Assembly: GCA_002269645.1 (NCBI GenBank)
Contig: NIVC01002648.1
Span: 1 to 64,000, forward strand
Origin: Macrostomum lignano
Taxonomy: Eukaryota
Reading direction: 5' to 3'
Length of the DNA: 64,000 nt
Made by a program: the position numbers and the translations under genes. The notes below the pieces were generated by a model. It did no database searches, had not been told where the DNA came from, and saw only the letters and a program-made list of their open reading frames with translations. Shown one piece after another: positions 50,817 to 63,093 of the stretch. Numbering within the stretch: position 1 is the first letter of the stretch; each line of letters begins with the position of its first letter.

Positions 50817-51193
50817 GCATGGGCGGCTTCTGTCGCCGACGCGGTCACGGCGATTCGTCGCCGCCCGTCTCCGCCGCCTCGTCATCCAGTTCGAGCTACG
50901 AGCTGCCGGCCCAGCCCAGCTTCCTGTCCCGCAGCTGCACCCAGGACTCGGACTGTCCGGCCGGCCAGTGCTGCAACCGCCGTCCAGTTGGATTCCGAGG
51001 CAGCCTTGTAGCCTCCTGCGACTCCGACTGCAACTATCAGGGCATTGACGACCTGCTTGGCGACTACTACAGCCGCTACTATCGCCGGGCCGCCCGAGGC
51101 AAGAAGTCGGCGAAGCATCACGGCCGCCATCACGACGAAGACAGTCACGGCAAGGACGAAGACAAGAAAAAGAAGAAGAAGGCCAGCAATTGA
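50817..51193 (+). CDS. Secreted cysteine-rich precursor, exon 3 (6th Cys of module 1, module 2, His/Lys-rich tail)
   Basis: Acceptor gcgcatcag, phase 1; GMGGFCRRRG...CTQDSDCPAGQCCNRRPVGFRGSLVASCDSDC...KKKKKKASN*. Confidence 0.8.
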
Positions 51194-51294
51194 GAAACAG
51201 TAGAAATTACCGATGCTCTGGCGGACAAACATTAATAACTGACGGAACACATTGATCGCGCTTTACTGAAACTCTGCCCCTTGACTATAAATAG

Positions 51295-51530
51295 CTAGAC
51301 GGACAGGTAGACAGACAGGTAGACGGACAGGTAGACAGACAGGTAGACGGACAGGTAGACAGACAGGTAGACGGACAGGTAGACAGACAGGTAGACGGAC
51401 AGGTAGACAGACAGGTAGACGGACAGGTAGACGGACAGGTAGACGGACGGTTAGACGGACAGGTAGACGGACAGGTATACGGATAGGTAGACAGACAGGT
51501 AGACAGACAGGTAGACAGACAGGTGGACAG
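51295..51530. repeat. 12-bp repeat AGAC(A/G)GACAGGT
   Basis: Direct reading. Confidence 0.9.
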
Positions 51531-51765
51531 ACTGGCGTTTACCATCTATATTTTTTACTTCAACCTCCGCAGCAGCGCGATGCAATCCAAGCGGCATATT
51601 TTACAGCTTCAGCCTCCTCCCCCCCCCCAGTTGATAAAATCCCTTGCAATCGCCCAAGCGAGCATCTAAACGCAGGGCACGACCGTCGGGTCCGCCGTTT
51701 GAGTAAATAAAACTAATCAATTGTTGAGCATATTACAACTGCATTTTCTTGACTTCTCTTTAAGT

Positions 51766-51821
51766 ATCCTTTTCCCGAAGTTACGGATCCATTTTGCCGA
51801 CTTCCCTTACCTACATTGTTC
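51766..51821 (-). other. 56-nt fragment of nuclear 28S rRNA
   Basis: rc GAACAATGTAGGTAAGGGAAGTCGGCAAAATGGATCCGTAACTTCGGGAAAAGGAT matches the conserved LSU segment GTAAGGGAAGTCGGCAA...GGATCCGTAACTTCGGG. Confidence 0.85.
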
Positions 51822-52204
51822 ATTTGCAGTCTTTGCCATGGAGGAGCAGCGCACGCCATCCGTTGGAATTCAGCTGTCTACTTCTCCCTCTCCCAATCTC
51901 CCTTGTCCCCTTCCTTTGTCCCTTGCGTTTGCACTTTTCCATTAACTGCAGAGAAAACAGCGCGCCAACTTTTTATAATTAGATTGGGATTGAGAAACTG
52001 GGCCCGCGCGTCTTCGGAATAGCAAATGAGGCACCAATTAAGCTCCAGAATCCCCAAGCAAAGGCACGCGACAGAAATCCTCTCTTGCCTGAAAATTGAG
52101 TCTATTGTCTTTTTTCTTTTTACCTCTCTGCCTCCTGCACCGGCTTCAACCTCAGAAAAAAGCAAGAGAAAAACTTAGAATGCTTTACCGTGAATTTCTT
52201 GACA

Positions 52205-52600
52205 GAATCAAGCCTAAACCATGGAGTTCTAGACATAGAATCTGGTTGAGGGAGCTGTTAGTGCTCAAGCCTAAACCATGGAGTTCTAGACATAGAATCT
52301 GGTTGAGGGAGCTGTTAGTGCTCAAGCCTAAACCATGGAGTTCTAGACATAGAATCTGGTTGAGGGAGCTGTTGTGCTCAAGCCTAAACCATGGAGTTCT
52401 AGACATAGAATCTGGTTGAGGGAGCTGTTAGTGCTCAAGCCTAAACTATGGAGTTCTAGGCATAAAATCTGGTTGACGGAGCTGTTAGTGCTCAAGCCTA
52501 AACTATGGAGTTCTAGGCATAAAATCTGGCTGGGGAAACTGTCAATGCTTAATTTAGTCTATGGAGTTCTAGACATAGAATCTGGCTTGGGGAAACCATC
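52205..52600. repeat. 57-bp minisatellite AAGCCTAAACCATGGAGTTCTAGACATAGAATCTGGTTGAGGGAGCTGTTAGTGCTC
   Basis: About 7 units. Confidence 0.9.
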
Positions 52601-52971
52601 TTCTACTCCATGTATACTTCTATATAGTATTTCACGATGAATAAAGCATTAGCGGGGCTTTTTCAGCTGCATTGCTGCTAGAAGTTCTCAGTTCTGCTCA
52701 GTGCACTGTTTTCATTGCAGCATCTCACATCTGCCAGTCTTCCAAGCTCTTGAAAATAGAAAATCGAAGCTTTATTTTGCTGCCAGCTAAAATAGAACAA
52801 TGCTGCTTGGCCACTGCTGCCTCTGCCTCAAGCCCCACTTCAAGGCTCTCCCTACCCTCGTTGCCATGAAAACTAATGGCGCCAATTCAAAGTTGAATGC
52901 GTAATTGGTTTCTTTTTTCTTGTTAGACAAGTTCTTTTAGAACAGCTGGTTTTTACAAATGCTTTCATATC

Positions 52972-53770
52972 GACTACACAGTTCCCCTTCCTTATTCACT
53001 CATTTCTCGCAATGCAGTCACACAGTTCCCCTTCCTTATTCACTCATTTCTCGCAATGCAGTCACACAGTTCCCCTTCCTTATTCACTCATTTCTCGCAA
53101 GGCATTCACACAGTTCCCCTTCCTTATTCACTCATTTCTCGCAATGCATTCACACAGTTCCCGTTCCTTATTCACTCATTTCTTGCAATGCAGTCACACA
53201 GTTCCCCTTCCTTATTCACTCATTTCTCGCAATGCAGTCACACAGTTCCCCTTCCTTATTCACTCATTTCTTGCAATGCAGTCACACAGTTCCCGTTCCT
53301 TATTCACTCATTTCTCGCAATGCAGTCACACAGTTCCCGTTCCTTATTCACTCATTTCTCGCAATGCATTCACACAGTTCCCCTTCCTTATTCACTCATT
53401 TCTCGCAATGCATTCACACAGTTCCCGTTCCTTATTCACTCATTTCTCGCAATGCAGTCACACAGTTCCCGTTCCTTATTCACTCATTTCTCGCAATGCA
53501 TTCACACAGTTCCCGTTCCTTATTCACTCATTTCTTGCAATGCAGTCACACAGTTCCCTTTCCTTATTCACTCATTTCTCGCAATGCAGTCACACAGTTC
53601 CCCTTCCTTATTCACTCATTTCTTGCAATGCAGTCACACAGTTCCCCTTCCTTATTCACTCATTTCTCGCAATGCAGTCACACAGTTCCCCTTCCTTATT
53701 CACTCATTTCTTGCAATGCAGTCACACAGTTCCCGTTCCTTATTCACTCATTTCTTGCAATGCATTCACA
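52972..53770. repeat. 44-bp minisatellite CACACAGTTCCCCTTCCTTATTCACTCATTTCTCGCAATGCAGT
   Basis: About 18 units; open in all three + frames, giving three spurious ORFs. Confidence 0.95.
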
Positions 53771-54319
53771 CCGGAATATTCACACAGCAACTCTAATCAT
53801 CAAACAGCCATCCTAGATCTCAATATTCAGACACACCTCTATATAACCAATAGCTGTAATAATTAATAACTTCTAGCAAATGTCCAAAGCAAGACAAATC
53901 TACTAATTAATGAATAATTAATTATATTTGCCATTTCACTGGTTGACCTTTCCTCCGTGCGTCACAGTCTTGAAGCCAGTCTTACTTTCGCCCATCAATT
54001 AGCTAATTCGCGATAGGGTAATTATCGGAAATATATAATCCTTGGGCTACATCCTGCTAATCCGCTGAAGTGTCATGCGCGCCGCGTTGTCATTTCATCC
54101 GCTTTGATGGCCACCTCGCCATGAGTTGAATTGTCAGAAAGACGGAAAAGTTGCAAGCTGAGCAGAGCTTCACGGGGCAATGGGGTCACATCGGACTTTT
54201 GCGATTTTTGAGTCACGTTTCTACAGGAAATTCTATACTCTAATGAACTCGAGGCAGAGGCTCACATATATAACTGAAATTCGAATAGTGAACATCTCTT
54301 ACAGCAGCTATTTCATCCC

Positions 54320-54675
54320 ACTGCATGAACGGAAGCAGATACTGACCACCCCACTGCATGACCGGAAGCAGATATTAATTATCCCCTCTGCATGACCGGA
54401 AGCAGATATTAACTACCCCACTGCATGACCGGAAGCAGATATTAATTACCCCACTGCATGACCGGAAGCAGATATTAATTATCCCCTCTGCATGACCGGA
54501 AGCAGATATTAATTATCCCCTCTGCATGACCGGAAGCAGATATTAATTATCCCCTCTGCATGACCGGAAGCAGATATTAATTATCCCCTCTGCATGACCG
54601 GAAGCAGATATTAATTATCCCCTCTGCATGACCGGAAGCAGATATTAATTATCCCCTCTGCATGACCGGAAGCAT
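54320..54675. repeat. 34-bp minisatellite CTGCATGACCGGAAGCAGATATTAATTATCCCCT
   Basis: About 10 units. Confidence 0.92.
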
Positions 54676-55742
54676 CTACTCACTGAGCAGAGGGTCGAGC
54701 TGGACAACTTACAATTTTCAAGCTATGATGATGCAGCGTTCCCTACTCTAGCCACTTGCATCTCTTTCGCCCGATGCAGCGCGCGCTTGAGCACATTTTT
54801 CCCCTCAAGTTGAGTCGCTCCGTCCTCACGCCTCTCGCAACAACAAGAGGGTGGAAATTGATTAACTCCCTTCTCGATGGGTTTAGGGGAAGTTGCTGGG
54901 GGATTGGAAAGAACTGGGACTCAGAAGTCCTAGAGGGCTGTCTGTTTATGCTAGGCAGTTTGTAATAATATCCGACTGTGGCCTCCCCTCTCCAACCCTC
55001 AGTCCCATGAGCTATCCAAGCCCTGTCAGTTATTGACTATATGGGCTACTCGTGCTGGCGCAATGAAGCTCTGGGGCTGCTCAGAGAGAGAGCCAGAATT
55101 AGCTCAGCAATTGCCTCGGAGCGCCTCCAGGAAGGGTTTGATTGCTCCTCTCACTTATGCGCTGCTGTTGCTGAGTCCTCCGTGCGACTGGCTGGGCTGC
55201 GAGCAACTGCTCACTCGGTGGGGATGGACATCCTAGAAAGGTCGAATGGGAGAGGCGTGAGAAGAGAGGAGAGAGGTGAGGGGAGAGAGGAGAGTGGAGA
55301 GAGGGAGACGAGAGAGAGGAGGGAGGGGAGGAGAGAGAGAGAGGGGAGAAGGGAGGAAAGAGACGAGAGGGGAGAGACGAAAGGAGAGAGGAGGGGAGAG
55401 CGGAAAGAGGAAATATGAGAGAAGTATCTTTTGTTGAATTGAAATGTGCCGCTAAATAATATAAATGTAACAAATTTCTCTAAACTAACAGAAGAATTTC
55501 CATTTTTGTCTAAAGGAAAGCCCAAACTCTAAAAATTAAAAGTAATTTCATAGAAGACATTCCTAAGATAACGCGCCGCGCTTCATACTACTTATAGGTT
55601 CTAATCTTTGCATACAGATTTACAGTCGAAGAAATCTAGCGACTTAAGCTTAAGCCCCAAGAGATTTTCTATAAAAAATGAATAGACTCAACCGACAGTC
55701 ACGCTTAGATTGATAAGCCTCTCGAGAAGGGCTTAATGCATA

Positions 55743-56100
55743 TCATGTGCATGTAGAGTGGCAGCCCATGTGCCTCATATATCGGAAATCGAGATGCAAA
55801 ATTTTCCATCTTTTTTTCATGCAGTTTGCTTCTCTCTCAACCGAATCGATCCGTGAGCGGATGTTTGTCTGTACCAAAGTAATCGGAGCGTGTAGCAACA
55901 GATTGGGATATTTTTCCCCCAACATGTATTTCCTTCCTTCTTCCTGCCTGGTCTGATATCCGAGAATTAATGTACAGCTTGTACTATATACGGGCTGCTT
56001 CTGATTTTTGCCCACAAGTATCGACCATGACTGTACTTGGATGAGGCTGCACTCCGAAAGTTTATACGAGTATCCACTGCCGCAGCCTCAACGGAACTTC
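55743..56100 (-). mobile_element. Possible degenerate PIF/Harbinger (DDE_Tnp_4) transposase remnant
   Basis: LGEKYP...RSRIDSVEREANCMKKRWKILH resembles the family motif LGDxGYP...RxxVERAFGxLKxRWRIL. Confidence 0.4.
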
Positions 56101-56321
56101 CTTTCATTCAAAATCTTAATCACTGGGAAATGATAAATGTCTAACAGATTCTATTCTAACTGTGCGCGGGAAATTTCGGAGCTTCTCAATCCCGCTGGGA
56201 AATCATCTGTAGCTTTTGCTGGGTAAGTTAAATGGCTAACAAACTTTTGTTAGATACGACAGGAAATAGTTCAAAGATGCTAAAAATACTACTCTCGGTA
56301 GTGCTAGAATCAAGAGAAGAT

Positions 56322-57026
<705 letters not shown>

Positions 57027-57704
57027 AAGGCACGTCAAGTAGATAAGCAATGAATTGGGGCAATAAATCAATCACCGTCACTTCTGAGCCCGTCATGAAC
57101 AAATAGGGTACAGGCAGCTTAAAGTTTCACCCAAACCTACACCTATATATGTTTCAATAGTCAATCGAAAGTAAAAAACCTGCCCACCCGAGCTGCAAAC
57201 AGTTCGTGTATCAGTTTTCCTCTCCAGCCTGCTATCGCAATAAATTGTCTTCGTTTGCGGACAGGCAGACAGACAGGCCCAGACAGTTGCGTAGAGCTGT
57301 GACGCAATGGGGTTCATGGGGTGCATGGGGTGCATGGGGTGCATGTCACACGTCAGACGAAACAAAGCAAAAAAAGTTTCTCGAATATAAAAAGAACCAA
57401 CAAGGAGCGACCAAGTGGCCTGCCCGTGTTTATGGACGCGAGTTTATTATTAATCTGCTTTAAGCTTGGGCTCGGTGGGCAATGCGCGAGTGATGCAATG
57501 CGCGAGTCAGCTGTCAGAAGCGCGTGTGGGCCTGTGACGCGAAATTTTATTTTAAAACAAATTTTTAATAATGCTGCGCCTACGTCAATGGGGACGGTAC
57601 TGAGCTCATTGCTAAGCTTATTGACCTTAACCTTATTAGCACCTTGATAATGCGATGTCAAAGGAGAATGCTGAAATTCGAAGCTAGTCAAGCAATCAGC
57701 GCCA

Positions 57705-57875
57705 CAAACTGAGAAATCGACGCCGCAGGATGAGAAATCGGCGCCACAAACTGAGAAATCGGCGCCACAAAATGAGAAATCGGCGCCACAAAATGAGAAA
57801 TCGGCTCCACTAAATGAGAAATCGGCTCCACTAAATGAGAAATCGGCTCCACTAAATGAGAAATCCGAAAAATGA
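57705..57875. repeat. 21-bp minisatellite TGAGAAATCGGCGCCACAAAA
   Basis: About 8 units. Confidence 0.85.
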
Positions 57876-58424
57876 GAAAATGAAAGCTACTCAAGTATCA
57901 CATTCTGCTACTATTCAAATACACAGTTGGCATCAGAAGTACTCCGAATTATTTGTTTTGTACTTTTATTGAAACCGTGCACAAGCCGAGCGCCAGAAAT
58001 TTCTACTTTCATTGCACTCGAAATGCACGCCTGGCACGAGGCCAAAAGTAATTAAGAAATTAATTTTAAACTCTTGAATGCTAATGGATTCCAGCTCTGC
58101 AGAAGTTCTGCATAAAAGACTTTTGGTATGAGGGACTGTGAGAAACACTGAAGCCTGGAACAGGAAAACCAGTCCGACACTCAGATGATGAGAGATTAAA
58201 GGTGGGCGGCGGTCTCGCTGACTAAAATCAGTTATTATAGATATTCTTTGCATTGCGGCTCTATACGAAAATAGGCAAGTTTTCCACCATGAACATTCAG
58301 CAATGAGATCGTTACGCAGGTGGATGTGTTGTTAAATGCTTGTCAGTCAGTCAGTAATTAGCAGAATCAGACAGACAAGACTCAATCTATAGGCTATAAA
58401 GTCCTGCCTGAAAAATGATCTCGC

Positions 58425-59030
58425 CATGTATGATTCTCACGCTTTGAATGAGAATCTCACTCTATGATTCTTTGAATGATAATCTCACTCTATGATTCTT
58501 TGAATGAGAACCTCACTGTATATGATTCTTTGAATGATAATCTCACTCTATGATTCTTTGAATGAGAACCTCACTGTATATGATTCTTTGAATGATAATC
58601 TCACTCTATGATTCTTTGAATGAGAATCTCACTCTATGATTCTTTGAATGAGAATCTCACTCTATGATTCTTTGAATGAGAATCTCACTGTATATGATTC
58701 TCACACTTTGAATGAGAATCTCACTGCATGATTCTCACACTTTGAAAGAGAATCTCACTGCATGATTCTCACGCTTTGAATGAGAATCTCACTGCATGAT
58801 TCTCACACTTTGAAAGAGAACCTCACTGCATGATTCTCACACACTTTGAATGAGAATCTCACTCTATGATTCTCATGCCTTGAATGAGAATCTCACTGCA
58901 TGATTCTCACGCTTTGAATTGAGAATCTAACTGCATGATTCTCACGCTTTGAATGAGAATCTCACTGCATGATTCTCACGCTTTGAATGAGAATCTCACT
59001 GCATGATTCTCACACTCTGATTATCATACT
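58425..59030. repeat. 28-34-bp minisatellite with an internal inverted repeat (TGAGAATC-N9-GATTCTCA)
   Basis: Unit TGAGAATCTCACTGCATGATTCTCACGCTTTGAA. Confidence 0.9.
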
Positions 59031-59777
59031 TTATGATTCTTGTGTTTCGAAGGAAATTGCAGAACTAAAAAGAGAATATATATGATTATTGACTAAAGAG
59101 AAATCAAAGCTCTGCACTTAACTGATGTAATCGATGCGACAACTTTGAAGCATTTCAACTTTGTTTTATTTTAAGCCAGTTCAAACAAAGTCTGTAGCAC
59201 ACTATCCGTGCAAGTTTTCACATATCTATTTCTAATGGGGTATACCGACCGTTTAACGAATACCTACAATTCAACTGAAAACCAAATCAGTCAGTTAATC
59301 AATCCATCATTTCTGACTGTTCGATTTGAGAATCGTGCTCATTTATTTTATTTTGACAAAAACCGTGACTCAAACTCATGGAAAGACAGGTTTGGGATTC
59401 GTTGTCAAGATGGGCCGTGCGTTGGCTATGGAAGTTCGAGTCACTGATCTTCATCAGACGCTAAAAAACGGGTTTTCGACTTTAGGAGGAAACTTTATTC
59501 CATGGCCTATAGCTATTCCCACCTTTGCATTGGCATTTGTTTGCTTTGGAGGGGATTTTTTCCCCGAATTCCCCTTACCCTGTGGTTGTGGCACGAATCC
59601 GGGCTGGGGACTGACTGACAAATATCTGATCGCTTGAATTTCATTTTACCAAATAGAGTGAAATCCAGGTCAACTAACAGGCCCCATCAGTAAGTCTTTT
59701 GGCATTGGCAGAGCTGTGATTTGGTGTGGCACCTGTCTAAATAAATTATTTATCACCTCTTAGATTTTTTCTTCCCC

Positions 59778-60207
59778 ACCTAGATTGGCGCTTATTAGAT
59801 TGGCAAACTCTAGATCGGCAACGCCTAGATCGGCAACCCCTAGATCGGCAACCCCTAGATTGGCAACCCCTAGATCGGCAACCCCTAGATCGGCAACCCC
59901 TAGATCGGCAACCCCTAGATCGGCGAACCCTAGATCGGCAACCCCTAGATCGGCAACCCCTAGATCGGCAACCCCTAGATTGTCAACCCCTAGATTGTCA
60001 ACTCCTAGATTGGCAACCCCTAGATTGGCAACCCCTAGATCGGCAACCCCTAGATCGGCAACCCCTAGATCAGCAACCCCTAGATTGGCAACCCCTAGAT
60101 CGGCAACCCCTAGATTGGCAACCACTAGATTGGCAACCCCTAGATCGGCAACCCCTAGATCGGCAACCCCTAGATCGGCAACCCCTAGATCGGCAACCCC
60201 TAGATCG
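59778..60207. repeat. 15-bp minisatellite CTAGAT(C/T)GGCAACCC
   Basis: About 28 units; the minus strand reads A(D/N)LGV repeats. Confidence 0.93.
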
Positions 60208-61150
60208 TAAATCGGCAGCTCCTGGCTATTGCGACTCGCCGCCTCAAGGTTGAAGCGCCTAAAATAATATATTAATAATAATTACGTGTATAATACGAGT
60301 ATAGGCCTTAGGGCGACTTAACATTATTTAAAATTTTTTTAGCTTTCAAAAACGAATAGTCGCGTGTATAGCAAAAGCCGAATGAGTCAGTCAGCCTTTG
60401 ACACTCGTTGGGCTTCAAGCTTTCGCACCTATAGGTTTTCTTGAGGTGGTGCAAAGGTGACAGTCGCGCTAATTACTTTACAAATTCTCTTTGTTTCTCA
60501 CGCGCTTAAGCCTCAAACTTTCGTGGCCTTTTGTTGGTTGGGTCCATTCGAATCAGTCGGGCCCACCCGCAGGGAATTGCATCCATGATGCTTGATATTT
60601 GACTTGCTTAATGACGACTTTAATATAATATCAATATTTATTCGATCATGATATAACTAACATATGATGCGCTGTGCACACATCTCTAGACACGACACTT
60701 TATTTGAGCCTTTAAACAAAACCTCATGAGTTAATCAAGGAAAGTTAATTATTCACTGCAAATGGTGTCAATGGGTCCATGGACAACTTACTTAGAAGGA
60801 CGCTTTTTTCTATAGAAGGGTTTTTCTCGACCAAATTTGTCTATGGCAAAACCCCATGCCATGAAGCGCTGGGCAAAAAAACAAATCTGTTATGAGAATT
60901 GCCATGCACTTTCTCCAGAATTGATAGTTTTTCTTGATAATAATAATAATAATAATTGATTACACCTGCCCCAATTGGGCCAGCTGTGCAACTGACAGCT
61001 CAGCCGCAGCTATTGCGCGGCGCATCTGAAGGCTGCGTACGGCTGTTCAGTCCAAGGTCTGGGGAGTATCGCAAAACACACCCTCAATTACCGCAGCTAA
61101 TGCTGGCACCCATTTTACAGCTCTTGCTCAAGGACACAAGTTGTTCCAGT

Positions 61151-61218
61151 GTGATCTGGAATCGAACCCCCGACGTTTAAGTCGTGAGTCCAACGTTCTA
61201 CGAGCGTAACTACAACCT
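61151..61218 (-). pseudogene. tRNA-derived SINE head or tRNA pseudogene
   Basis: rc has B box GGTTCGATTCC and a degenerate A box; stems are imperfect. Confidence 0.5.
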
Positions 61219-62127
61219 CGATAAACTTGAGAACCTCGGACGATGCTTGCTTCATTCATTTGGATTTGGAAATCCATAAGGTGAGATAAGCAATTTGACC
61301 CTGACATTCGAAGTAGTTTGCTCTGACATTCCCAAGTGGCTCCTTTGACATTCCTGACGTATTTACATGTAGTAAGCCCACAATATTTCACTTAGATATC
61401 TCATACGAACTACTAATAGTTAATCTACTAAATCCTTATAGAATACACGAGCATTTAGTATTATTATTACTTAGAGGAGTAAGAGGATCTGATCTAACCG
61501 AGAGAGCTAGGGGCGGGGTGGAACCAGGGGAATGGAATGGGATTGGGAATTGGGAATTGGGAAGGGTTGGGAATGAATATCTGAGGATATTCATGGCCGA
61601 AGCGCTGAATGTTTAGCTTAATGGGTCATAAAGGCACACGAGTTGCACAAGCCGCCAAGGCGATTGTCATGGCCTCTGGGGATTTTAAGGCATTCCTTCC
61701 TTCCCTCCATAGACCAGCATTTTATCCCCCCCCTTATTTCGTCTCCGACTCCCCTCGACACCCTCCCACCCAGGGAGCGAAGTGAAAATGATGTGACAAG
61801 CCGCCGGGTGGTTGGGGTGGGCGCAGCTGCCTTTGGTTTAGTTTTCATAGTAGTATTGTGTTCGTGGCGTATGTATAAGGACGGGACTAAACTAAAACTA
61901 TATAAGAGAGAAGACAACAAGGGACGCATTAGAGAAAGGGGAGGAGGCCGACTTGCGGCCGCGGCGGGGGGTTTAGTTACGCTAAATCAGCTTGCGCAAG
62001 TCCTCTTATGCAAGATGTGGTGGGTGAGAAGGCCTTGAGGGGAAAGGCAAGGCGCCGCCTGTTGGAACTTGGACGGCCGCTTGCGAGGTGTTGTCGGTTT
62101 GTTGGAGTAAAATGGGGTTGTGGGGTG

Positions 62128-63093
62128 GGCCGCCAGCCAGGTCGCGCGCCCATTGGCTGGGCGGATCCATGGGGGTGGGGGTTGGAGGGCAGGCAGGCGC
62201 GCTGTTCCGAAATCGCTCTCTCTCCCCCAGGCAGAGGGCGCGGGCAGGGCTATTAAAGTTGCGATCCAAGCGAAGGCTTCCAAATTACACCAAGACCAAA
62301 GGCTGCCAGTAAGCACAGAGCATCAACGGTGTTTGATCTGCAGTTTCACCAAAGCCCTGCTAACTTCAGCATCTCTGCCTGCACGATGCCAGCCGCAGTG
62401 ACTCCATTCGAGCAGTTCAGCAAAGCCGAGTCGCATCTCATCAAGCGGCTTGGCAGACACGCTGACGAGCGAATCTTTGAGCTGAGCACTTGGGAATCAG
62501 CTGATCGGGATCTGCTCGGTCTGTTCCCCGCCATCTCCAGCGCTCTCACTGTGCTCAACGATGACCAAAAACTGAGGCACGAGTCCGCGACCTCACCAGA
62601 TGATACGCAGCGATCATCGCCCTGCTCCCTGACCGGATCCTCATCCTCAGACTCCTCCGGCGCCTCATCCTCATCATGCGTGTCCGCCTTATCAGCTTCA
62701 TCTCGCAGCTCAGCTGGTGGTGCAGCCTCCCCCAACGGCCAGAAGCCTGCGGCTGCCAGGTGGTGCCAGCCCGGCTTGAAGGACCTGCAGCTTCTTGCCA
62801 GCAAGGAGGACGTGGCCAGCCTCCCAGAGCCTCATCAATCGAAGAGGTGCTGGCCCTGCTCAGCAAGGATGACGTCATCGTGGTGCCCTGCGCTCACGGC
62901 GGCTACATTCTGTACGCGGTGACCTACTTGGACGATCTGGTGGCACAGCAGCCGCCGACTGTGATCCCTCCGAGTCCTGACGACCCGGCAACCAAGCTGA
63001 GCCCAGAGGTGTTCAACTTGTTCCTGCAGAACGAGGAGCTGCTGAGCCGCGGACAGGACACCTCGCTGCTCGGAGTCCCGCCTGCTCTGTCAT
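62128..63093 (+). repeat. Dispersed 966-bp cassette, copy B (promoter motifs plus orphan ORF1/ORF2)
   Basis: ATTGG and GGGCGG boxes at about 62152-62165, TATTAAAG at 62251, ATG at 62386 (MPAAVTPFEQFSKAESHLIKRLG...); the second frame SIEEVLALLSKDDVIVVPCAHGGYILYAVTY... ends at 63128. Confidence 0.9.

Noticed and set aside
51750-51770. TGACTTCTCTTTAAGTATCC as a degenerate R2 target (28S TGACTCTCTTAAGGTAGCC)
   Set aside because: Needs 3 indels and a mismatch in 20 nt, which is compatible with chance.
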